Shown here piece after piece: positions 8,462-17,392 of a stretch of DNA of 64,000 nt (its first letter is position 1; every line of letters starts with the position of its first letter). Origin of the DNA: a virus (taxonomy: Duplodnaviria > Caudoviricetes); IMG/VR virus record IMGVR_UViG_3300032257_000008, positions 9,024-73,023 of that record; one strand, 5' to 3'. The notes beneath the pieces are model-generated. The model saw only the letters and a list, made by a program, of their open reading frames with translations, was not told the DNA's origin and searched no databases. The position numbers and the translations under genes are program-made.

Positions 8462-9457
8462 ATGGTAATACAATCAAAGAACCTAACCGGTTTAGATATG
8501 ATCAAGATCGATATAGCTAACTGCTATGGTCTGGATAAAGAAGACTGGGCTACCAGACTTATGTGGTTTCAAGTCAATGTTAATAAACTGGAAGAGCTGA
8601 TTAAATCAGCAGCAGAACCAATGTTGTATATCAAAGCTGTAATGGCTTATAGAGATACTATGGTTGGTTTAGCTTCAGGTCATAACATGTTCTTAGACGC
8701 CACAGCCTCAGGCCTGCAGATACTTGCAGTACTGTCTGGTTGTAAGAAGACTGCTCGACATGTAAACCTGATTAATACTGGTGATCGTGAAGATGTATAC
8801 ATAGAAGTCATGACTGCTATGAATAAACATCTACCAGTTGATCAACAAGTGGATCGTAACTTAGTTAAGAAGCCTGTAATGACGCATTACTATAACAAAA
8901 TGCGACAGGATACTCTGACTGGACCACAGGAAGATGCGTTCTATACAGTATTATCTGAAAGCTTTGAAGGAGCTGAAGCAGTTAAGGACTATATTAATAC
9001 TCAGTGGAACCCAGATGCTCTCGAGCATACTTGGACTCTACCTGATGGACATGTATCTCGTGTATTAGTTACTGAGATGGTTACAGCTCGTGTAGAAGTA
9101 GATGAATTAAATCATACTACCTTCTCTCACCGGTTCGAAGCCAACTTACCAAGTACTACTAGCAGTAGCTTAGTGCCTAATATTGTCCATAGTATTGATG
9201 CATACGTGGTTCGTGAAATGATACGTAGAAGTAATGCAGAAGGTTTCGAGTTAGCTCATATCTTCGATGCATTCACTGCTCATCCTAATTACATGGTGCG
9301 AGTTACTGAGTTGTACCGTGACATTATGGCTGAATTAGCAGATATGCCATTGCTTGAGAACATCATGGATGAAATACGTGGACATCATATTCCATTACAG
9401 AAGTTTAGTTATGATCTAAGTACTGATATCCGTAATAGTGAATATATGTTGAGTTAG
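8462..9457 (+). CDS. RNA polymerase II subunit 2 (N4 gp16-like catalytic part)
   Basis: LDATASGLQI (motif A), RNLVKKPVMTHYY (motif B), NIVHSIDA and HIFDAF (motif C). Confidence 0.93.
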   Translation: MVIQSKNLTGLDMIKIDIANCYGLDKEDWATRLMWFQVNVNKLEELIKSAAEPMLYIKAVMAYRDTMVGLASGHNMFLDATASGLQILAVLSGCKKTARHVNLINTGDREDVYIEVMTAMNKHLPVDQQVDRNLVKKPVMTHYYNKMRQDTLTGPQEDAFYTVLSESFEGAEAVKDYINTQWNPDALEHTWTLPDGHVSRVLVTEMVTARVEVDELNHTTFSHRFEANLPSTTSSSLVPNIVHSIDAYVVREMIRRSNAEGFELAHIFDAFTAHPNYMVRVTELYRDIMAELADMPLLENIMDEIRGHHIPLQKFSYDLSTDIRNSEYMLS

Positions 9458-9463
9458 GAACCT

Positions 9464-9504
9464 GAGTTAGGCGCACATCCGTGCGCTTAGCTCGTTTTTC
9501 TTTT
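9464..9504 (+). terminator. intrinsic terminator, 13-bp stem, ATCC loop, T tract
   Basis: gagttaggcgcac-atcc-gtgcgcttagctc-gtttttctttt. Confidence 0.8.
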
Positions 9505-9517
9505 ATAAAAAACCTAA

Positions 9518-9604
9518 AGGCTAAGGGTAATGTGGTGATCCTACTAACCCTGAATATTAACTTTCCAAAAGATAGTAAATATGGGTATAGTTACCCTGTA
9601 GCCT
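9518..9604 (+). other. 87-nt intergenic rod-like stem-loop
   Basis: aggcta/tagcct plus agggtaa/ttaccct outer stem, with inner accc/gggt and atatt/aatat stems. Confidence 0.45.
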
Positions 9605-9769
9605 ATTAAGAGGACATAAGAAGCTGTAATCCAGTACAATCAATGGAGAAGAACTATGGTTTATTGTTAGGGAATTCCCAAAAGAGACACAACTACGATA
9701 ACGGTAGTTAGTAAAGGTGCATGTGCCGGTCTTTAAACTATATGTTAATAAAGCAGTCTAAGACTGTTA

Positions 9770-9822
9770 AAAAAAGCCCCACTTTTAAAGTCAATTATGA
9801 GATTTTAAGCAGGGGCTTTTTT
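9770..9822. terminator. bidirectional terminator-like inverted repeat with extended inner stem
   Basis: aaaaaagcccc ... ggggctttttt; inner ttaaagtc/gattttaa. Confidence 0.55.
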
Positions 9823-9843
9823 CTTACTCATTGGAGATAGATC

Positions 9844-10059
9844 ATGGTATTTGAAAAGATAGATGACTATCATCGTAGAGCTCAAGTCCCAGGAGGCTGG
9901 CTCGTTAAAGTTTATGAAGATGTATATATCAATATGCATATAGATGATAATAGACCTGAACCAGGTTACGCATGGCAAGTATCAATGTGTTTCGTTCCTG
10001 ACCCTAATCATGAATGGGAATTAATAGAACTATTAACAGGTGACAAAGATGGACAATAA
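9844..10059 (+). CDS. hypothetical protein
   Basis: GGAG SD; RAQVPGGWLV motif. Confidence 0.7.
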   Translation: MVFEKIDDYHRRAQVPGGWLVKVYEDVYINMHIDDNRPEPGYAWQVSMCFVPDPNHEWELIELLTGDKDGQ

Positions 10060-10303
10060 AGAACGCCTTGCTCGCATGCTGTATCACGCATACGGGGCTC
10101 TTTGTTACGACAACAGCCAAACATTCACCAAAGAAGAAGCGGCTCAACTTAGGTCACTCAGAGAGCTTTTACATAGTAATTATTTGGAATATTCTCCAAA
10201 TGCTGATTATGATATGGGAGATCTGGAACGTACTAAGATGGCTTACCAGGCCAGACCTTATAATCCTGAACCACCTAAACCAACATTAAAAATAGTTAAA
10301 TAG
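10049..10303 (+). CDS. hypothetical protein
   Basis: ATG 10049 after AGGT; 84 aa. Confidence 0.65.
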   Translation: MDNKERLARMLYHAYGALCYDNSQTFTKEEAAQLRSLRELLHSNYLEYSPNADYDMGDLERTKMAYQARPYNPEPPKPTLKIVK

Positions 10304-10314
10304 ATAATATCTGT

Positions 10315-10405
10315 GTGCAGCCCTGGGGCTCGAGCCAACCAGCTACCCGGGTTACACTCCTACTCCATATTGCCAGCCCGGTAGTCCTGGGGCTGCACTC
10401 AAATA
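10315..10405 (+). ncRNA. GC-rich structured intergenic element followed by ACTCAAATA
   Basis: 13-bp closing stem gtgcagccctggg/cctggggctgcac with two G-U pairs; inner gctacc(c)ggg/cccggtagt stem. Confidence 0.4.
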
Positions 10406-10418
10406 TTATTTTAAGGAG

Positions 10419-10793
10419 ATGGTTATGCAATATACCTGTCCTGTTTGTGGTTCATCCGGTGGTGATAATGATGATACCTATAAAAATCCAGGTTATTTCT
10501 GTCACCGATGTAATGATGGTACCCGTATGCTACCTAGTAACAACGGTAATATTTTTGTTTATGGTATTCAATGCCATTTCACTAATATGTGGTCACATAG
10601 TGATTGGGATGAAAATAATGAACCTATTACATATGCAACCGAAGAAGAAGCACAAAAAGAATTAGATTCTACAATGCCTGATCTTGAAGATTTAGGACAT
10701 GTAGCTAATGACTGGCGAATATTCCGCTATATGCAGGATTTTCACACTAAACGAATAATAGGCATTAAGTACTATGATCGAACTGGAGAATAA
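10419..10793 (+). CDS. zinc-finger protein
   Basis: AAGGAG SD; CPVC...CHRC. Confidence 0.7.
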   Translation: MVMQYTCPVCGSSGGDNDDTYKNPGYFCHRCNDGTRMLPSNNGNIFVYGIQCHFTNMWSHSDWDENNEPITYATEEEAQKELDSTMPDLEDLGHVANDWRIFRYMQDFHTKRIIGIKYYDRTGE

Positions 10794-11361
10794 AATTATG
10801 TGGGTTTTAAGTATTTTTGGTTTAGCAGCATTATTACTAGGTTTATTTTTTATATTTCCTCCTGTAATAGCACATATTCAAATTACTAAGAAAACTAAGT
10901 TATACAACAAAGAAGCCGAAGAATTCAACAAACAGTTGATTGCTGATGGTATGCCTAAAGAACAAATGTATCATCATAGAAAAGATGCAAAAAGAATGCC
11001 TGAATTTAGGGATAGCAATATTGTCTGGCTAGGTATGGTATTAACAACAGTAGTATTATTCTTCCCGACAATATCATTAGATAATCATCTTAGTAATTTA
11101 ATAACTCTTAAAGTTAATAATCAATTAGTAAGTATTTACCAGACTCAAATTGATGATTTAAATACTGAATTTAAAACAATTGATATGAAAGCTGACGCCT
11201 TAATGAATGGGGACACACCAGTAGCTACTATGATACAGGCCAAAGTAGACCTTACTAAAAAATTAACCGAAGTTAAGGTATATGAATACCAGGCTAACAA
11301 AGAAATACTGGAACGCAGTAAAGGTGGTTTCTGGTGGATTCCTAAACTCATACCGGAGTAA
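10774..11361 (+). CDS. membrane protein with coiled coil
   Basis: Two TM segments; 195 aa. Confidence 0.7.
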   Translation: MIELENKIMWVLSIFGLAALLLGLFFIFPPVIAHIQITKKTKLYNKEAEEFNKQLIADGMPKEQMYHHRKDAKRMPEFRDSNIVWLGMVLTTVVLFFPTISLDNHLSNLITLKVNNQLVSIYQTQIDDLNTEFKTIDMKADALMNGDTPVATMIQAKVDLTKKLTEVKVYEYQANKEILERSKGGFWWIPKLIPE

Positions 11362-11400
11362 CCGTTATGCAACAAGTAACATTACCTGGAGTATACCTTA

Positions 11401-11895
11401 GTGGAAAGTAAATTCAGACAATATCAATGTCCTACTTGCAAAAATAAACAAAAATTAGAAACTAACCATATTGGTGAAATCTATACTGGTTGTAAGATGT
11501 GTGGTGCACCCACTATGTGGTGTATTGAACCAGAAGCAATTGCTGGTAGAGATACTCTTCATCAAACCAAAGTTAAATTAATACATTACAGATATGATAT
11601 TAGTAATGAAGACGATGCTCACGAGTGGGATAAATTACAGGAAAAGTTAGGGCTTACTGAAAATATTCTAACTAAAAGTTCAATACCACATCGTACACTT
11701 CAAAGATTAAAAGATATTAAGGAAGTAACCATATTTTTAGATGGTGAACTTGATAATCAATGGATTACCGATCATGGTAGATTATATGACTGGATGGAAT
11801 GTACTGTTCCAAACCATTCTGTAAAAATGGGTTATTACCTCGAAATGAATAACGAAATGTTACTCTATCGTTTAATCTCCCAAGGAGTTAAATAA
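11401..11895 (+). CDS. zinc-ribbon protein
   Basis: GTG start after GGAG; CPTC...CKMC. Confidence 0.7.
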   Translation: MESKFRQYQCPTCKNKQKLETNHIGEIYTGCKMCGAPTMWCIEPEAIAGRDTLHQTKVKLIHYRYDISNEDDAHEWDKLQEKLGLTENILTKSSIPHRTLQRLKDIKEVTIFLDGELDNQWITDHGRLYDWMECTVPNHSVKMGYYLEMNNEMLLYRLISQGVK

Positions 11896-12158
11896 TGGCA
11901 CTAACTAGATTCCAACAAAACTTAGTTGATGTTAAAAAAGCTCTAGTAATAGCTGATATAGCTTTTAAACATAAAATGGGTGATCAGAAAGTCGTAGTAG
12001 AAGAAAAATCTATGACAGCTAATTATTATCTTCATCCTGGAAAATATATTATTAATTTCTATGGTAAAGATTCTGATGCCTATTACTCAGGTTTTTCTAT
12101 ACCTGAATTTATTGAACAAATAAAAGAATGTAAAGTAACTGCTTTATTACTCAATTAA
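11895..12158 (+). CDS. hypothetical protein
   Basis: AAGGAG SD, TAATG coupling. Confidence 0.7.
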   Translation: MALTRFQQNLVDVKKALVIADIAFKHKMGDQKVVVEEKSMTANYYLHPGKYIINFYGKDSDAYYSGFSIPEFIEQIKECKVTALLLN

Positions 12159-12215
12159 TCTGAGTCTTCCTCAGGAATTATTGCAGAAAACCCCTGGAGA
12201 TAATTGGAGAATCTT

Positions 12216-12482
12216 ATGCCTTCTATCCATTGTCATTTTGCTAAATGCAACCCAGGTAGTTTAGAACTTATTTATGATGAAGCTTTAGGGAAAATCGGAA
12301 TTTTAGGGTCTGGAAAATATGATTCCATGACTTTTAGATTTATAGCCGAATCTCAAAAAGGTGGATATATGATTTATATCTACGATGAAGATAATAATTA
12401 TATTGATTACTATCGTGGTAAATCATTTAAATTATTTCCAGAAGCAGAAGCTGCGGCTGAAAAAATATTATATAACTACTAG
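12216..12482 (+). CDS. hypothetical protein
   Basis: GGAG SD before ATG 12216. Confidence 0.65.
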   Translation: MPSIHCHFAKCNPGSLELIYDEALGKIGILGSGKYDSMTFRFIAESQKGGYMIYIYDEDNNYIDYYRGKSFKLFPEAEAAAEKILYNY

Positions 12483-12497
12483 TTCGGAGATAATGTA

Positions 12498-12704
12498 ATG
12501 AAATTATTTTTCTTATTATTAATATCAGTAGAATTGAACCATACTTTACTTCCCTTATTCGAATTACAACCTATAGATGATAGGATACTTTTAGCCCTTA
12601 TTGCCTTAGCTTACTTAAGTTTTATACATCAGTTACTTAATCAATTAGTAAAACTTAAGCAAAAAGAAAATAATAATGAAGAAATAAAAGAACGTAACCG
12701 GTAA
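12498..12704 (+). CDS. small membrane protein
   Basis: GGAG SD; Leu-rich hydrophobic segments. Confidence 0.55.
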   Translation: MKLFFLLLISVELNHTLLPLFELQPIDDRILLALIALAYLSFIHQLLNQLVKLKQKENNNEEIKERNR

Positions 12705-12811
12705 TTTATGGTCAGGTAACTCAATCGAGATTCAGAAACGGGACTCTCTAAAAGCAGAAATATTGTACTTGCAGGCTGAAATCAAAAAGTACAAATGTGA
12801 GGACACCAAAA

Positions 12812-13171
12812 ATGACAATTGATATTAGTGATGAAGAGATTAAAGCCATACGAGAGCTGCAAGCTGGATTGTCGAGTGTTTTTAATGATCCACTTAATAA
12901 ACTCATAGCTCATTACGAGGCTACCAAGCAAACATGGATCAGTGTTGATGAGGGATTGCCGGAATCTGATGTGGGGCTTTATCAAGTGCTATATACCCAA
13001 GATGAAACCAACTGTGTCAGTCATAACTGTAAGTTCTTAATGGGTAGAAACTGGTACATAGATGGGCAGGGATTTGATTTTGATATAGGCGCAAAAGTAA
13101 CACACTACAGAAAAGAATTAAGCCTCGACCCCTTACCCTCGCCACCCACAGAACAGACAGGAGAGAGCTGA
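12812..13171 (+). CDS. DUF551-like phage protein
   Basis: TWISVDEGLPE...VTHY pattern in the C-terminal half; GAGG SD. Confidence 0.6.
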   Translation: MTIDISDEEIKAIRELQAGLSSVFNDPLNKLIAHYEATKQTWISVDEGLPESDVGLYQVLYTQDETNCVSHNCKFLMGRNWYIDGQGFDFDIGAKVTHYRKELSLDPLPSPPTEQTGES

Positions 13172-13368
13172 TGGTTAGAGCTAGATTGCATATTATCTGC
13201 GGCAACTGTGGATGTAATAATGAGTGGGAACTAAGAGTCAGTGAAGAACTTGATGATGAAATTGCAGATAAATTTAACACTCGCGTCACATTGGCTTGCA
13301 ACAATTGCCATACCCTACATTTTTTAGATAATTACATCAAACCCGAACAAACAGGGAGCGCGAAATGA
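13171..13368 (+). CDS. zinc-ribbon protein
   Basis: CGNC...CNNC; TGATG coupling. Confidence 0.65.
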   Translation: MVRARLHIICGNCGCNNEWELRVSEELDDEIADKFNTRVTLACNNCHTLHFLDNYIKPEQTGSAK

Positions 13369-13461
13369 GTGGAATCACAGTTGAAAAAATATTAAAAACC
13401 TATATTGACCCACAAAAAATAAATAAATAATAATAACCTTTTGAATAAATTGGGGTATCAA

Positions 13462-13671
13462 ATGGCTGATTCAGCTGACATTGCAAGTGAGCAAGAAGAA
13501 ATCTATCTCAATGCTGCTATTACTGCAGCCCGGGGAGAAGTCGTACCATATACAACTGGACCATGTAAAACATGTGGTGCCGTATCAGAACGATTACTAC
13601 GAAATACATGCGTAGCATGTCGTGAACTCGAAGAAATTAAACAAGAGCGGGCTTATGGCCATCGAAGGTAA
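13462..13671 (+). CDS. TraR/DksA-like C4 zinc-finger protein
   Basis: N-terminal DSADIA (DxxDxA), helical segment, CKTC-x11-CVAC. Confidence 0.65.
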   Translation: MADSADIASEQEEIYLNAAITAARGEVVPYTTGPCKTCGAVSERLLRNTCVACRELEEIKQERAYGHRR

Positions 13672-13676
13672 CTAAA

Positions 13677-14069
13677 ATGGAAAATGTAACATGCCCTTAC
13701 TGTGATGCGTCTGCAGAACTAGTTAAGGGTAATGTTATATATCCTTATCGAGAAGACCTTTACCACCTAAATTTTTATCTCTGTCGCCACTATAGTCATG
13801 AACCTGCATATGTTGGGTGTCATAAGGGCACATCCGTGCCCCTTGGACGACTGGCAGATACAGAGCTCAGGCAATGGAAATCAGCAGCTCATAGAGCTTT
13901 TGATCCTATCTGGCGACCAAAGCTAGGTGAAAAGCAAATGTCTCGTAAGAAAGCCTATGCTTGGCTTGCCAGGCAGTTAAATATTCCTAAGAAAGAATGC
14001 CATATTGGTATGTTTGACATAACGCTATGTGCCCAGACAGTAAAACACTCTATGAAATTAAGGAGATAA
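13677..14069 (+). CDS. DUF3268-family zinc-finger protein
   Basis: CPYC...IYP...YVGCHKGT..PLGRLA...AHRAFDPIW...AYAWLA..L.I...CHIGMFD. Confidence 0.8.
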   Translation: MENVTCPYCDASAELVKGNVIYPYREDLYHLNFYLCRHYSHEPAYVGCHKGTSVPLGRLADTELRQWKSAAHRAFDPIWRPKLGEKQMSRKKAYAWLARQLNIPKKECHIGMFDITLCAQTVKHSMKLRR

Positions 14070-14073
14070 CACC

Positions 14074-14670
14074 ATGATTAGTCGTGCTAAGAATATGGGG
14101 CAAATAGTTGTGCCTACGTATAGTGGGCATGAATCAATGATACCTTTTAATATTAAGACTTTAGAAGGAATCCCTGAAGCATTTTTATCAACAGTAAAAG
14201 CTATGCTTAATAACGTACCAGTTAAAGCTGGTATTGCTTACTTTACTATTCATGGTAAAAAATTAATTAAAAATGACACTTTACGTAGAGGTGGTCCACA
14301 TACTGATGGTAACTATGAACCTCACCAAATGGATTTTGGAAAGAGTGGTGGTAGTGGTTGGAAAGTAGGGGAAAACGGTCCCAGAATACATTCACCATTA
14401 CATAAAAGACAGTATGTAAAAGAAACCGGAGGTTTAATTTTAGCCTCAAATTATTCTTCTTCTGTTGGTTGGTTAGGGGAATATGATGAAGTACCTGGTG
14501 TTGGTGGTAACTGTGCACATATAGAGCTGAAAGACTCTTTTCTATTAAAAGAAAATACTATCTATTATGGTAACAATCATTTTATACATGAATCATTACC
14601 AGTAAATGAAACTGTTCATAGAACTATGATCAGAATTACATTACCAGAAACTCATGAATACTTAATATAG
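14074..14670 (+). CDS. 2OG-Fe(II) dioxygenase-like protein
   Basis: RRGGPHTDG (HxD), distal HESLP, then a conserved R (HRTMIRITLP). Confidence 0.65.
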   Translation: MISRAKNMGQIVVPTYSGHESMIPFNIKTLEGIPEAFLSTVKAMLNNVPVKAGIAYFTIHGKKLIKNDTLRRGGPHTDGNYEPHQMDFGKSGGSGWKVGENGPRIHSPLHKRQYVKETGGLILASNYSSSVGWLGEYDEVPGVGGNCAHIELKDSFLLKENTIYYGNNHFIHESLPVNETVHRTMIRITLPETHEYLI

Positions 14671-14886
14671 GTGGGAATAACAATGCCTCCTCGTAAAAAG
14701 AAAGAAGAAAACTTTATCATACTGGATGATACGTATGGTGAAACACATGCTTTTACAGTCGCAACAACTAAAGAATTAAATAGTGCACTTAAAAATAAAG
14801 AAGCTAAAAATATTCGAGTATATGAATTAGGTAGACAGTTAACAGTTAGAAAACGTTTTGCTATTTATATTGAAGAACATGACTAA
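14671..14886 (+). CDS. hypothetical protein
   Basis: GTG 14671 or ATG 14683; basic. Confidence 0.6.
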   Translation: MGITMPPRKKKEENFIILDDTYGETHAFTVATTKELNSALKNKEAKNIRVYELGRQLTVRKRFAIYIEEHD

Positions 14887-15808
14887 ATGGCCTAAACTAG
14901 TATTCCCTCCAATTAATTTACATAACTATCCAAAATATAAGAAGGAAAATATGACAATTTCAGTAAAAATGATCACCGATTCAGTTAATACTGATGGTAC
15001 CCGTTTATCTACAATGGTTCTTGAGTATCCACGTTTTATTCATGCAGAGTTTATGACTCATCGTGTATTTAGTCGTAACGCTTCAAGTAGTCGTGCTATC
15101 CCAGTACAAACTATTTTAAATAATATTTTAGATACACCTGCTTTACCTGTTCATTGGGGCAGTAATAAACCAGGTATGCAAGCTGGTGAAGAACTTACTG
15201 GTGAAGATTTAGAAAAAGCAAAGAATATTTGGGATATAACTAAATCTGACGTTGTGTATCAAGCAGGCATTCTTGCTAAATTAGGTTTACATAAGCAAGT
15301 TGCTAATCGTATTACTGAACCATTCGCACATATTAAAGTAGTAGTTACTGCTACTGAGTGGGAAAACTTTTTTACTCTTCGTAATCATGAAATGGCTCAA
15401 CCTGAAATACATGAACTTGCTCGTAAAATGAAAGAATGTATGGATGATTCCGTACCTGAAAATTTAGGACCACATGCTTACCACTTGCCATTTGTTACTT
15501 CTGCTGAAGTACACACACTTGGTTTAACTAAGGCTATTAAATGTTCAGTAGCACGTTGTGCTCGAGTATCTTACTTGAACCATGACAAAACAAATCCTGA
15601 TGTAGATAAAGATATTGATCTGCATGATATTTTACTGAATGCTGGTCACTACAGCCCATTCGAACATATTGCTACGCCTATTACCGAGCCCGGTACATTT
15701 GACCCATATACCTGGGGAATGGGTATTACTAATATGTGTCGTAATGGTTCATATTGGTCTGGTAATTTCCGTAACTGGATTCAATATCGTCAACTAGTTG
15801 TAGGTTAA
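14879..15808 (+). CDS. thyX: flavin-dependent thymidylate synthase (start 14879 or 14951)
   Basis: IHAEFMTHRVFSRNASSSRAIP, VARCARVSY, HYSPFEH, GNFRNWIQYR; ATG 14951 has an AAGGA SD, ATG 14879 overlaps the upstream stop. Confidence 0.9.
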   Translation: MTKWPKLVFPPINLHNYPKYKKENMTISVKMITDSVNTDGTRLSTMVLEYPRFIHAEFMTHRVFSRNASSSRAIPVQTILNNILDTPALPVHWGSNKPGMQAGEELTGEDLEKAKNIWDITKSDVVYQAGILAKLGLHKQVANRITEPFAHIKVVVTATEWENFFTLRNHEMAQPEIHELARKMKECMDDSVPENLGPHAYHLPFVTSAEVHTLGLTKAIKCSVARCARVSYLNHDKTNPDVDKDIDLHDILLNAGHYSPFEHIATPITEPGTFDPYTWGMGITNMCRNGSYWSGNFRNWIQYRQLVVG

Positions 15809-15809
15809 G

Positions 15810-16031
15810 ATGTTATTAACTTGCCCACTATGTGGACAAACTTGTTTGAGTAGAACTCAGCAAGCTTATGACACTCATCTACGGTGTAGTAAAAAACATA
15901 AGGATATGACGAGACTGGAGCGTAAGCGGGAAGTCGAGTCATTATTCCCACCAACAGAACATAGTATGCTTTCCAAACATGAAAGTATTCATGAAGAAAA
16001 AGCACTAACTAGAATATCAGGTATAAACTAA
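15810..16031 (+). CDS. small zinc-finger-like protein
   Basis: CPLC...H..C; AGGT SD. Confidence 0.5.
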   Translation: MLLTCPLCGQTCLSRTQQAYDTHLRCSKKHKDMTRLERKREVESLFPPTEHSMLSKHESIHEEKALTRISGIN

Positions 16032-16132
16032 TGTTGATTGTCCTAAATATACTCATATGGACAAGCAGCAAGCAAAGCAAGCCGTAGAAATTGAAGGGGT
16101 AAAATTCGATTATCATACCCTTTATTAATTAT

Positions 16133-16198
16133 GGAGTGGGTGCACGTTAAATTATCTTTTAATATTGTGTAGTAGCTATTCGTGTACCCACTCCACCA
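16133..16198 (+). ncRNA. acceptor-stem-like long hairpin ending in ACCA (not a canonical tRNA)
   Basis: GGAGTGGGTGCACG/CGTGTACCCACTCC 14-bp stem with one G-U, 34-nt AT-rich loop, 3' ACCA. Confidence 0.4.
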
Positions 16199-16213
16199 TT
16201 TTTAGGAACTCTC

Positions 16214-16531
16214 ATGTCTGAAAAAATAAAGCAAATACCTCATTTAAATATATTCCGGTACTACCAGGTAGCTTTTAAAATAGATGGTTATTACTTTAAA
16301 GATTGCAGAGATTCTGATTTAAAACATTTAATTCCTAAACAATGTTTTAATAAAGCAAAAGAGGAAGTAATAAGTCAAATAGAAAAAGATATTGAATATA
16401 TTCGTCTTATGACATTTGATGATTTCCAAGCAATTAAACGTGCTGATTTCAATTCTAATAGTCCTAAGAGACATGAAGTTGAAAAGCAATTACAGAGGAG
16501 TCCTCTATATCGTGAAAAACATAAATCTTAG
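16214..16531 (+). CDS. hypothetical protein
   Basis: AGGA SD; 105 aa. Confidence 0.65.
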   Translation: MSEKIKQIPHLNIFRYYQVAFKIDGYYFKDCRDSDLKHLIPKQCFNKAKEEVISQIEKDIEYIRLMTFDDFQAIKRADFNSNSPKRHEVEKQLQRSPLYREKHKS

Positions 16532-17369
16532 TGATACAGAAGACGAAATTTTTATACTAATAAAAAATGAACGACAACTTTATAATATTTATAAAGAAAA
16601 AATATCTCGTGTTAATTATGAAACATTTAAAGAGTACTTAATATCGGATTTAGAATACGATAGACATTGTGAATGGCCATTTGATTCTAAAGGAATTAGA
16701 AGCCATTCTATTGATACTCCAATACGTATTAATTACTTTCGTATCTATTTAAATCTATGTGCTGATTGGGAAATAGTACCGGATACTAAAAGTAGGACTT
16801 ATAGAGCATCCAAAAATTATAAAGATGTAAAAACATATGTAGAGTCCATACAGTATGAACGAAAACATGGAATTTCAGATAATAAAGAAAAACCACTAAC
16901 TGATATTGTTGGTGTTACCAGAACTGGTCCTACTAATAGAAGATCTATTAAAGGTAAGTATTATGAAATTACTGATAGTAAACTCTCTGATGTACCTGGA
17001 TCAAGTACTGTCCGTTTATTTATTACAGATGAATTAGGTAATCCATTAGAACCTAAATATGGTAATTTGGATTATTGGAAAGTTCATTACCTTGAACCAA
17101 ATTTTTCAGAAAAAGCTAAAACTCTTTTAAATAGTACAGAAATAAAAAAGGAAAAACCAATGCAAACAACTGTAGAAACAAAACATTTCGTAAATAATAT
17201 AGATGTAACTAACATGTCTGAACAAGACTTAATTGATGCTATTAAGATGGCAGAAAAAGAAGTTAAGTCTTTACAAGAAGTTAAAGTTGAATCTAAAAAA
17301 GTAAAAGCTAAAGTTGAAGAAATCAATGCGGCTATTGCTAAAATGGTAGAACATCTGGATAATAAATAA
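16512..17369 (+). CDS. hypothetical multidomain protein with a C-terminal coiled-coil domain
   Basis: GTG 16512 after GAGGA (ORF open from 16416); internal SD+ATG at 17160. Confidence 0.7.
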   Translation: MKNINLSDTEDEIFILIKNERQLYNIYKEKISRVNYETFKEYLISDLEYDRHCEWPFDSKGIRSHSIDTPIRINYFRIYLNLCADWEIVPDTKSRTYRASKNYKDVKTYVESIQYERKHGISDNKEKPLTDIVGVTRTGPTNRRSIKGKYYEITDSKLSDVPGSSTVRLFITDELGNPLEPKYGNLDYWKVHYLEPNFSEKAKTLLNSTEIKKEKPMQTTVETKHFVNNIDVTNMSEQDLIDAIKMAEKEVKSLQEVKVESKKVKAKVEEINAAIAKMVEHLDNK

Positions 17370-17392
17370 TTATTATTCTTTAGGGGAAGATC

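Noticed and set aside
10315-10665. ORF-track 116-aa ORF starting at GTG 10315
   Set aside because: It overlaps the real zinc-finger gene in another frame, has no SD and starts inside the structured element
3898-12830. Stop-codon recoding suggested by in-frame TAA/TAG interruptions (about 3970, 9670 and 12697)
   Set aside because: TAA, TAG and TGA all terminate well-conserved genes here (for example RNAP2 and the AAA gene end in TAG), so these are short or decayed ORFs
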